A stretch of 64,000 nt of DNA, taken from positions 62,001 through 126,000 of the forward strand of contig JADIIX010000017.1 of assembly GCA_027604505.1 (NCBI GenBank), written 5' to 3'. The position numbers were made by a program, and so were the translations under genes. The stretch is from Gonapodya sp. JEL0774 (taxonomy: Eukaryota). Below the pieces are notes generated by a model. It was not told where the DNA came from, did not search any database, and saw only the letters and a list, made by a program, of their open reading frames with translations. How positions within the stretch are numbered: position 1 is the first letter of the stretch; every line of letters begins with the position of its first letter. Below are positions 25,235 to 36,694 of this stretch, piece after piece.

Positions 25235-27749
25235 ATGATGGTGCGAAAACGGTCATAATCGCAAGTTTGAGGTGTTCTCTTTAGCTCTTGATTGCTGATT
25301 TTTCTACCCTCCCCCTTCCATGGCTTTTCGGTCGTTCAAATCATGCGGATGATACAACGCCCGCGCGCCGTCAACTCCCCGTGGTCATTTGTACCTTCCC
25401 CTCGGCTTCGCCATACAATCATTCATGTATTACATCAAATAGGCGATCGATCCCACTCTTGAGCGGTCGTTCCGCGGACATAAAGACATTGTAACATCCC
25501 TGTCGTTCCGTCCGTCGATGACCCAACTGGCATCGGGGTCAATGGACAACAGTGTAATGGTGTGGAATTTTAAACCACAACTGAGAGCATTCAGATTCGT
25601 CGGGCATAAGGTGGGAAGTGTGGAGTGAATATGTTCGAAAAGTCCACCAGCTCAAAACCCGGTTTCAGGCGCCAGTCACTTGCGTTCATTTCTCTCCTTC
25701 TGGTAATTTACTCGCATCTTCATCGAGGGATGCAACAGCGAGATTGTGGACCCCAAATGTGTGAGCGATGCACACTGTTGGCCGAACCGTTAACTGGGCA
25801 CTCCACAGCCGGCGTCGTTTCACGTGGTAGAAAAGGAGACGCTACTGCTTTCAAAGCTCACACTTCCGCCGTTCGAAGTGTTCAATTTTCCCATGATGGT
25901 GAGGCTTTACTCACTTCCTCGGACGATAAAACCGTTAAAGTGAGTGGAAACATCGAAGCACAATCGGTGGTGGACTTTTTGACCGAAGATAAGCACATTT
26001 CTACGACGTACTACGATGAAACATTATGACACTTTCTCACCACGTTCCACATTCTCACCACATCTCACGAACAGGTGTGGTCCACTTCACGGACCAAATT
26101 TCAATTTACCCTCGCCGGCCATCTAAACTGGGTTCGCTCGGCAAATTTCTCTCCGGATTCGCGACTTGTGGTCTCTGGATCGGATGATAAAACTGTGAAG
26201 CTTTGGGACCTGGGGTCGAAAGCGTGTGTCAAAACATACTGGGATCACACAGGGTGAGAGGGCTTGCTATGAACCATACGCAGGCAGTATCGTGGTTCTG
26301 AAATGTCTTGTCCGTGATCTCGGTATCTCCATCTCTTGGATCAGAATGATCACATCGGTAGCTTTCCACCCATCCGGTCACATTATCGCCTCTGCTTCTA
26401 CAGACCGATCCGTGCGTCTGTTCGATGCCCGAACGCACAAATTAGTACAGTTCTACGCCGACGCGCATGGTCCAGGCCTCGGGCAGAATCTTGGAGGGGA
26501 AGTGGTCTCAGGAGGAGGAGTAAATAGTGTTGCTTTTGGAGGGGGCAATGGAGAATGGATGATTACTACTGGAATGGATGGACTCGTAAAGGTGAGATGC
26601 CCCTTCTATAACAGGCAACAAGATACTGTGCCATCTTAATGTCATCGTGACAGATTTGGGACCTCAAGGAAGGCCACTTGTTTTATACGTTGCATGGGCA
26701 CAAGCAGGGCCCAACAACGACTGCCACGTTCAGCCCCGTTGGTGATTACTTCTCGACAGGGGGAAGCGATGCTCAAGTAATGGTGTGGAAGAGTGGATTT
26801 GACTCGATCAAAAACTTAGTGCTGGAGAGTGAGAGGGAAAAGGCGGAACGAGCAACTGGGAAGGTAAGAGGGAGGCTCTTTGACGAAGGTGAGACGAGTA
26901 CACTCTCTTCACATGAGATTGTCGACTAAACGTCCACATGACAGTTTCTGGCGCCGGAAATGCTTCTCGTTCTCCGTCTCCACGAAGGTCGAGAACTCCC
27001 CTCACCTCCAATGGCCCAGTCCACTCTCGCAGTCGCTCCGAGCCTCCATCCACTGACATTTTTAGCTCTCACCACTACCCACATCCGCGCCACGCAATGC
27101 ACTCAGATCCGTGGAGCACTTCGACAAGGTGGAGCGAACCTCCTGCACAGGGACCAATCTCGCACCGAGGTGTTACTTCCATGAAAGCAATGGGGCCAGA
27201 GGAAGTGGAAGTGGACGGTACCGCTGGAGGACTGGGATTCACGTCGAAGGCGAGTGCTTCAAGGTAGCACATCATTCTCCGGGTTCTCGATTTCTGGGTG
27301 TTTACCGAATACTCTTTCATTAGTATACGTCTTCTTCGGTCTCAATTTCTCGACGAAGCACTTCGCCGGTCCCGCCTGAACAGTCCACGGAGATCTCACA
27401 AGTGTTCACCAAACCGTTTCAAACTGCCGACCCCGCAATGTTGCACGAGACGCTGGCAAGAATGGCAGATCAAATGGAACTGCTCACTCAAGCAATGGCC
27501 ATGTTTGAGGTGGGGAGACTCCTCTTGTTCGGTAAAACATCATGTAAATATCATGATTCCCCGTTTATCCAGAACCGGCTCACCGCCAACGAAAACAAAT
27601 TGTCAGAAGTGGTCCAACAGCTCACGGAAACTCTCTCTCGACGATCACCTCCTGCCACGACGCCACGTACGCCTCGTCACGAGAAGGGAAGTGCAGAAGG
27701 TGTAGACAGGGCACGGGAACCTGGATCTCAAACTGCACCTCCATTATGA
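25235..27749 (+). CDS. POC1: POC1 centriolar/basal-body WD40 protein
   Basis: [88 protein letters not shown], and C-terminal POC1 coiled coil [30 protein letters not shown]. Confidence 0.93.
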
Positions 27750-27785
27750 TATAAAACGGATTTCTTATGTACATAGATTTTTGAT

Positions 27786-29999
27786 TCAGGTTGCATATCC
27801 GTCTTTGTAAAGTTCAATAATATCAGCTTTCTCCAGCACATCAACGTCGTCGTCAGACATGCCCAACAGGGATATGAGGACAGAGGCGGTATGTTCCCCC
27901 AATTCTGGACCCGCCCACAACGTCTCTCCCGGAGTGTCTTGGAGCTTCGGAGTGTAAGCTAGTGAGGACACGTCAGTGTTGCTACAGTACACAAACATTT
28001 CATGCAATTACCTGGAATTTTGAGGGGTTTTCCTCGAACGTCAACTGTTTCAATCATCTCTCGCGCGCGGAAGTGTTCATCCTCAACAATGTCCTTCGCG
28101 TTGTAGATCAATCCCACTGGGACTTCCGCTTTACGGAGAATATTCTGTACCTCAATGGCTGGCAAGGTTAAGCACCAGTCGCCAATGACTTTGTCTTTTG
28201 GAAGGGAAACTACTTTAGTTAAAGAGTTCACGTAAAATACGCCCGTTCCAAACAGACTCACAAATGTAGTCCTGATGCTTGACTCGATCGATGTTGGTTT
28301 TGTAGTCTGGATTGATTGCCTGTTGCATCTCAATGAGCGGATGCGTTGGGGTGAATGAAGGAGAAAGACTGACCATATCTTCCCGACCCATCGCCTTGCA
28401 AAGTCGTTGAAATAACGAGTCACCTGTTGGTGCGAGTGGTCAAACTCTGGCATTGCACCCCAGGGCTTCACAGCAGCAGTTGCAACGAACCGTTTGCCCC
28501 AATGATAATAGCCTTCCCGTCCGCGCAATCAAAAGCAGAAGTCGGAACAATACCTATCCAAGCATTTACAGAAGCTATCGAGTTTGACTTCTCAAACGGA
28601 CAATCTACCTGTCACGGTATTTCCAGAGGGTTCCCTTATCAAGCCAGTTCGATCATACTCTGGCACCACAGCTTCAAGAAGCGAAAATACGCTCTCGTAC
28701 AGAGCAACATCAACCACTTGACCCGTTCTGCCGGAATTTTCAACCCTTCTTTGGTTGCGGGCCATAAGGGCTGGAGGTTCGTTGAAGAAAGTCGTACTCA
28801 GTCCACAGAAGGAGTGGACGCCCTACGAGTCACACTTACCCAGCAGGATGCCGATGACAGATTGAAATCCCGCCATCGTATCTCCCAAACTGATGTTTGC
28901 TCGCACGGAAGGTTGGCCTGGAAAGCCTTGCAGGTACCTGTACCGACGGTTGTTCCGTTGAAAACATGCTTGTGAAGACAGACAACACTCAATTTACCTG
29001 AGACCACCCATTCCTTCACATACAGATGCAAATCCAGGAAGGCTAAGTGGGCGACATTACTGCACAACTCCTAAGTGAGAATCTTGACTTTGCACCCACG
29101 AGGAATTGGGACCGGTCTGTCCATATCCTGATATTCGGTTATAGATAAGCTGTGGGTTGAGTGGAAATAGATCATCTACAGCGGAAAAGAGCGGAGGAGG
29201 AGGGAAAGGGAAGGGGGTGGCGCGTGGGGTCTTCGTCGACGACTTGGTAACAGATAAGTAAACTTCGTGCAGATTGACTTGCTCACCGGGACCCAGGCCC
29301 CACTTTTCCATCGTGCCTGGTTTGAAGTTCTCAATTAGAACATCGACTTGCGGGATCATTTTCTTTAGCAGACTGAGTAGCGTTCCAGGAACAATTTTAC
29401 ATCATTATATGAACACCTGTGACACACCTGCGACCTTCCGTTCTCCTCATATCTAGCGCGACACTCTTCTTGTTCCTGCCGATGCTCCTCCACCAAAGAG
29501 ACTGTTTAAAGAATGGTTGAATACTCTTCGAAAGATGGATCAACACCTGCATGAGCGAAACAAACTGTTTTTTGAGGGTCATCGTCCAGGACACGCCACT
29601 TTCTGATCGCGTCACCAGTTTTGGGTGGCTCGATTTTAATCTGGTCATCATTGTAATCGGGGTTCACGTTCAACGCAGTGGTCACGAATGATACATCAGA
29701 CTTAAATGACTTTCTCACCACTTCAGCTCCGAAATACGCGAGCAAACTTCCGGCAAATGGACCCGCCACTAGTTGCCCAACTGCGCGAAACAAGCTCGAT
29801 CAGTGAAAGCACAAGTCAGGCCACCAACCTGACCGAAAAAAATGTCTGTCGTTAACCAAGCTGCAGAATTCTCCGGCCCACCTTCAAGCACCTTGATGCC
29901 TTCGAGGGCTCTCGTTCGTTTGTGCGTGGTGGTGGTTGCAAGCTTGCGCGTGACAATGCTATAGTTTGCAGGGTTCGGCGCGAATCGGAAGAATGGCAT
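27786..29999 (-). CDS. CoA-transferase family III (CaiB/BaiF), probable mitochondrial presequence, multi-exon
   Basis: ALEGIKVLE, GQLVAGPFAGSLLAYFGAEV, KIEPPKTGDAIRKWR, WWRSIGRNKKSVALD, DVLIENFKPGTMEKWGLG, RISGYGQTGP and GPELGEHT. Confidence 0.92.
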
Positions 30000-30220
30000 C
30001 GATTCGGTGAGTGTTTTGCTCAATGTTGATTTTCAAAGAAGAGGAGAGCTCAGATGATGGATGTTGGCTTCACCAACTGGGTTGGATCATATGGCTGCTG
30101 GTGCCTTCATGTGGTGAAGTGAGAACCAGAGAGAATCGGTTCCAACCAAAACACAAGTTTTTGGAACAAGGGGGAAGTAGTGTCCACTATACAATGTAGT
30201 ATCCCCCATTATCGAATTTC

Positions 30221-32946
30221 TCACATATGGCTGAACAGGCATGCTTGGCCGTTCTTGCAAAATCCCAGTGCCGCCCAATACCGACACTCACTTCGACTAT
30301 TGGCACCGAGTGGCGTTCCATTCTCGTCAATGTGCAAGTCACGACAGCCATGCCCGAACGCGCAAGTTCCCTGTAGATAGAACTTACAGATCTGTCGCGG
30401 TGTGTTTACAATATCCGAAGGTTGTTGGGAAAAGGGCTGGTCGTGAGAGAATGAGCAGGCTGTTCCCCGTGCACACCGACCCTGGTGAGTAAAGTAATGA
30501 CAAGGAGCCAAGGTTACAACATGACGGGAAGTGGTGATTGATTGAGGTGGCTGTTGGGGTTGCTGGCTGAGCGACAGTGCCGTCCCATCCATTTCGGGTT
30601 CCATCCTATTCGCACTTATGTAAGGCTGTGAACAACCAAGCTGTGTCATAAACGTCAACGGAAAACTGTTGAAGCGTAGCTTACTGGCAAGCGACTAGGA
30701 GGTTTTTGAGAAGAAGGGCGAAGCCCACCGTTGAGAACCGGTAAAGAATCTTGTGGTCGAGCCCCTAAAAAGCCTGCATCAACTGAGTTGCTTTCTATTT
30801 GCCTCTTCTTGTCCCGTTCCGCTGGCTCGTTCGGTGCTGCGAACGGTACTCGCCCGTGGGGTTCATATTTGGATGCAACTGTGGCAACTCCAGCGGATGC
30901 ACCCGTACCTGAACTACTTGCAAGAGATTCCCTTCTGTCTTGTTTCACCTTACTCTTCCGTTTCAGCTCCAATTCTTCTTTCTTCAAAAGCTCGACGAGT
31001 TCTGAATGGTGGCTCCTCGTGCAATATCCCTCCTGCGGACATCCACCCTTTTGCTTCACCTTTGGGCAAAGACCGTTGACAGCTTTCTTGCGCTCCTTTC
31101 TCCTGTCTGCCTTTAGTGTGTACTTCGCGTTCAAAAATGCGACGGAAGTTTTAAATGTCTGCGAAACGGCTGTCCCTTGCTTTTCCGCCTTTGCCGCGGG
31201 CATCTTCTTGCCCTCTGATGGCGGTGGTGGTGGGATCAGAGGCGGGGGCGCGATTGGTGGCGGGGGTTGCCAGTCACCGAGACCGAGATTCATAGGTCCA
31301 GGTCCACCGTGCACCGCGCCCATCCAGCCAGTTCCACCCACGTATCCCAGGTCAGTTCCACTGCTCAATCCAACAGGAAGGGGTGGGCCTGTCCAAGGGT
31401 GCGAGAAGCCGGGAAACGCGTCGGACGCACCAAAGAGATTGCTGGCGTGTCGGGTGTCTCGAGGCGCATCTGACGTATCGTACCTTGGTATGGCCGAGGT
31501 TGGAGGTTGGTAATTTCTCGAGTCGGGACCCGGACCTGGGACACCTTCGAGATCTGAGCCGGGAACCGGAGAACGTCGCGATCTCGACCAGTCCAAGTTC
31601 ACAGTGAGCTGTCGCTCATCCCGTCCCCGAACTAAAGGAATCCCTCCCCCTAAACGTCTCTCATCCCGTCCACGCGCGCCTGTGCTTGCGGCGCGAGAAG
31701 AGCCCGACACCAGACTTTCTGTCAGTTGCGGTTGGGGCGACCCCCTCGCGACTGTTTCGGTCGCCCCATCGTGGTCAACTTTCTTGTTCACGGTGACCAC
31801 CCTCCCATTGTCCGTTCTAGTAGGCGACGAACTCGCCCTCGCCGGATTCGTCTCTTCTTTCGAAAACCTGGGTATTACTCGTCGCTCCGCCCCACTTGAA
31901 GTTGTCATTAAAGAATTCGAATCCCACTCTGCCTTTCTCTTATTCTGCAATATCAGTGGCTCGATCGATTCCTGGGATGCTTGCGGAAGTGGCGCAACAG
32001 CAACGTCCAAAGGTGTCCTGTGCGAAAGGAGGTCCGAAGGTGCCTGACCAGTGGACAAGGGTACTTTGACCTGCTCGCTCCCAATGATGGTCACCGTGCG
32101 CTGGGGGCTCACAACGGTTGGTTCGTCATCATCGACGACAATCACCTCCTGCGAGGCCTGGGGTACGGCCGGCTGCTTTAGACCACGCGCACTCTCCTTG
32201 CCGTTCCCCGCCAAGACTCTGACAACACGCGTCAAAGGATTCGCCGAAAGGACTGCAGAGTCCGACGACGACAGAACTGGATTAGGAAGGTTCCGTGGAA
32301 CTATGGTAACTTTCCGATGTGTCGCAAGACGTCCAGTCTGTTCTCCTGTTGTGCTTGATGATAGATTTGGAACGCTTCTACTCTCACGGATGGGACCAGG
32401 GGTAAGAGACGGAATTGGCGAGGAGTCCGCCACAATGAGTCCGTTCAGCGCCTCTTCACGTTGCTGCAATGCGCTGTTAGTCTCCGAAAATGCTGTTCCT
32501 GCTGCTTCCGTGTCCGAGAATGGAGATCGAGTAGGTGGGAGTGTGCGATGTGCAGTACCAGCTGGTCTTCTCGAGGAATGCAGACCCTCGGCGCCGATCT
32601 TACCGGGCGAAGCGCTGAATGCATTTCGTGTTGGTAGCGCTGAACTTCCCGGGTTCTCGGCTTTGTCGGGTGACTGGTCAATATCCATGTCTACATCCTC
32701 CTCTGCTCCTTGCAATGTATCGGCCAGAGGAAGCGATGGTGCCGTGCCAGGGGACAAAGTCACTGCAACGGCGGAAAAGAAAGGCACGGGATTGCCGTTG
32801 GAATCGAGGCCGATCCTGCCGGCGAACAGTGTACTCCGGAGGACGAGGGCGGAGTCTTGCGTCTCGTCTTTCGAAGAAAGGGTGGAAATATCATCATCGT
32901 CGTCGTCTTCCAGTCGCATGAACGATGGAAATGCAGTTTCGGACAT
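30221..32946 (-). CDS. Low-complexity protein with C-terminal tandem CCCH zinc fingers
   Basis: 801-aa ORF plus an exon with three C-x7/8-C-x5-C-x3-H fingers (CHYFTHQGRCARGTACSFSH, CKFYLQGTCAFGHGCRDLH, CRYWAALGFCKNGQACLFSH) and a fourth finger CPKVKQKGGCPQEGYCTRSH. ATG 32946 assumed. Confidence 0.75.
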
Positions 32947-33070
32947 TGTGCAGCTTGAGATGGTTTTCAGGAGCACTACTTGGTTTGGTGAAACCAACCC
33001 CATCGAAGTGTGGATCTTCGACATCAACGAACCACTAGTACTACAAATTTCGTGTCTCAACTATCCATAA

Positions 33071-33778
33071 CTATAATGCGTTGTATGTGACAGGCGTGCG
33101 GCTCTCCACTAGAGGGTTCAAGGAGTTTGGAAACATTCCGCCGAAGAAGAATTTGGCTGCGACTCACGAAGACCGAAGCAATGATCCACTAGAAGCTCTT
33201 TAAAATACGAAGCCGCTCTGTGAGCGTCCAAGTCCTCTGTGGACTTATATTGTTCGTACTTCCAGGTTTGGAGAGTCAGACATCCTCTTTCACGTTCAGA
33301 AACCCTAAATATACGCTCACTAGAAAGAACTGACGAGGGTTTGTTGGAGATTGGTGGGCTTTGAGATGTAAGTCTCTCTCAGAAACACTGGCACTGAAGA
33401 CATGAATAATGAACAAATGGGAACTCAAACGCACCTATGTACAGAAGATTACCCTACTCAAAAACAAAACATCAATCGACGAAGCGTATTGCATCGAGTT
33501 CCAGCGGTTATGGAGAATGTTCCGGGTTCAAAACTGTAAATGTCCGCAATCGCGGCGATTTCTCACAGATTCCTTCCGCGTGTGCTCCTGCATCTTGATG
33601 AGCGCCTCCGCAACAGCCCTCTCGTACCCCTCCTTCGCGATGTACTTTATGAGCGTCAGGAAAATCGCCGAGAAGCAACATGGAAACGTAGCAACGAACG
33701 AAAATGAAGGTGGATACGACGATGAGATGATAAGTCTGCGCATACCGTCACGGCAAGGCAGATTCCTGGCTTGGACAT
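33071..33778 (-). CDS. 98-aa ABM-family (antibiotic biosynthesis/putative quinol monooxygenase) protein, 6 exons
   Basis: Exons 33746-33778, 33567-33644, 33435-33453, 33321-33358, 33168-33258 and 33071-33108 (297 nt, all GT-AG, phases consistent) give MSKPGICLAVTYIAKEGYERAVAEALIKMQEHTRKESGNLLYIAHQSPTNPRQFFLYEQYKSTEDLDAHRAASYFKELLVDHCFGLLESRTPVTYNAL*. Confidence 0.88.
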
Positions 33779-34353
33779 CGTGTAAGTGTAATATGGTTGC
33801 TTGTGGACGACGGGAACATTATTTTTGGAGGAGAGGCCACAGATTCGAAAGCTCTTCAGACTGACTGAACAAAACAACACATACAAAACTCACTGGGCTT
33901 ATGGGATAGTCGTCAAGTCTACTACAAACTCTCTGAGTATTAAACAGCTAGGTCACGGAGTGACCGCTGCGGTATGTGCTGTCAAGGGCATGATTGATGT
34001 CAGCAGATCAGCTTCAAATATTCTTAGTGAGAGACAAACCATTGCACATTTGTATGTGAGCTTTGTTGTATTGCCAGCCGTCTCGAACTTCTCCTCATGC
34101 TCTCAGAGAATCATGTTATTAACCCCAAGCTGCGAAATACTATCATCTTTTGAACCGGCCTGAGTTAACTCTCCTCTATATTATGTTCTCATGCTGCTGC
34201 GAATTCTGCGGCCATGACTTCTTCGGAGAGAGGAGGTCGGCACACCTGTTCCGGAAAGCCCGCACTTGAATAAAGTTCACGAATTCCAAATCAATTGCTG
34301 GATCTATCCACATTACAACCTGACTCGACTCCTACATTGATAACGTTTATACA

Positions 34354-36490
34354 ATGTCTGCACCTCCCGAAACGTGAGCGTGACTACGTCTCTGGACTTC
34401 CTTCCACTGCTCAAAACGGACGGAGACTCACTTCACATCGTTGACTCCGACCGGAACGCAGTATCCACACCCCCTTGACCAAGCTCTTTGGTATCAAGTA
34501 CCCGATCCTCTTGGCAGGAATGGTGCGCTACCCCACACCTGTAATGTTGTCTGTTCGGAGAGATGTGACATGGAATCACGCGTCATTCAACAGGCGGGAG
34601 CTGCCGGACCAGAGCTTGCTGCCGCAGTTTCGAACGGTAAGCTTTGAGTGAGCTTGAATCTAAAAAATTGCCACTGACGGATGGATTCGCAAGCCGGTGG
34701 TCTCGGTGTCATCGGAGGACTCGGGTGGGTTATCGATGAAGATTACACATCGGTTGTTGCGTCAATGAACCACCCCTTTCAGGTACACACCGGAGCAGAT
34801 GAAGAGGCTTATCGCCATTCTTAAGGAAAACTTGACCGATAAGAGTTTGCCGTTCGGCATCGATCTTGGTAAGCTCTTCTGAAGATCGTAATTCAACCTG
34901 GACACCGTGAAATCAGATCACCATCATCACAGCATTGCCCCAAGTCGGAGGAAACGCAAGGAAGACCAATTACGACGTGCGTTGCTAGTCCTCGTTGTGC
35001 AAGCACATGGGCAAATCGAAGTCATAACCACGCTCTTCGTCATAATTAGTACACCAAGGGTAAACTTCCCGAGCTCATTGATTTGTGTATCAGTGAAGGC
35101 GCAAAGTTGTTTGTTTCCGCCGTGAGTTCCTCGACTGTCGAGCCGAATTCAATTCACTCGGAACTGATACGGATACTGACGTGATAAATGTACGCCCAAT
35201 CAGGTCGGCGTGCCCCCGAAGTGGGCAATTGACAAGCTCCACAAGGCTGGCATTCCCGTTAGTGAGTTTTTGCATTTGAATCGATTATCCCGTTGTCTCT
35301 CTGTGGGGCTCTAACCTGTGTAATTATTGTCACGTTAATTATGCAACTCAGTGAACAGTAAGTTTCTTTTTACCATTCCAATACCATCAATGATCTAATC
35401 TCCATTTCGTGTGCAGTGGTTGGAGCTCCCAAGCATGCCATCAAGGCGATTGAAGCGGGTGTCGATAGTGAGAATGCACGGTCCCTGGAGTCACGCTTTC
35501 CAATTTTGCTGACCCGATTTCGTCGCCCTCCCCGCAAGTCATTTGCGCTCAAGGTGGAGAAGGCGGTGGTCACACTGGAGATATCGTGGGAAACATGTTT
35601 GGCCTGATTCGTTCGTAGTCTCCTGTTTGAAACCACGTTCTTTCGTTTCGAAAGGCGACGTCGGTCCTCGTTCCCAAAATCGTGGACATTTGCTCAAAGT
35701 ATCGTTCTTCCCTGACTGGTGGACCCATTTACTGTGTGGCGGCGGGTGGAATTTTCGACGGGCGCAGCTTGGCGATGGTGAGTGAATTGAACGCGACAAT
35801 CGCGGATTATTGAAGTAGAGAACAACCTTATCGCACTCTTACCAGTCCCTCTGCATGGGAGCACAAGCCGTCTGGGTTGGGACCCGATTTGGTGAGTGGT
35901 TCAGCGGAAGCTCCTCCTATAATACCCTTGCTCATGTGGCCGTTCAAAAGTTGCATGCAAGGAAGCGGGAGCATCCAAGCAACACAAGGAAGGTGTTGTC
36001 ACTGCGGGATTCGATGACACGATCAGAACTCTGATCTTCTCTGGCCGTCCCGTAAGTTGTTGTCTTATGTTAGCAGATAGCAGGAACCTTCGGTAACATT
36101 CTATTGTCACTTGTATCGCTTTTTAGCTGCGTACCCGTAAAACTCCTTATGTCATGGATTGGGAGACAGTAAGAGTTTTTAATGGTGGTGCATGTGTCAC
36201 AGTTCTTCACCAGGCCTTTATTTTAACAAAAGAACCGCAAAGCCGAGATCGAATCTCTGGTCGCCAAGGGCGTACTGCCGGTCGCGCATGATCTCCAAGA
36301 GCTTGAGAAGAAGGGCGAGGCTCTCAGCACCGAGGTCATTTTGGGAACCCGTCCACTTCTGATGGGTCAGGTTGCGGGGAACATCGAAGATATCCCATCT
36401 GCAAAGGAGATTGTTGACGATATGGTTGTGACAGCTGTGAAGACTCTGAAGGAGGTGTCTGGCCGGATTGGACCCACCCCCCGTCTGTGA
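34354..36490 (+). CDS. Nitronate monooxygenase / 2-nitropropane dioxygenase family, about 16 exons
   Basis: Spliced TPLTKLFGIKYPILLAGM, AGPELAAAVSNAGGLGVIGG, PFGIDL, LPQVGGNARKTNYD, IPVMNMVGAPKHA, ICAQGGEGGGHTGD, AGGIFDGR, GAQAVWVGTRF and LMGQVAG. Confidence 0.92.
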
Positions 36491-36694
36491 GATTATCAGT
36501 TAATCTGACCGCGGCGATTGATGACAAGTCAGTTGTGATGGCATTGGACCGGGCGAGAGATTAATTAATCCGCTTCTGAGACAGGAATAAAAAATTATGG
36601 GTTGCGAAGTACCAGGTTCCTCGTCGTTGGTTCTCAGGTTCTTCCGGTACCGGAACATAACGTCCGCTCGCTCTGGAACGGAGCTAAAGTGAAA

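Noticed and set aside
30731..33070. Long plus-strand ORFs (260, 147 and 339 aa), and similar ones at 2658-3251 and 41530-43969
   Set aside because: Antisense shadows of real minus-strand coding exons, with no independent motifs.
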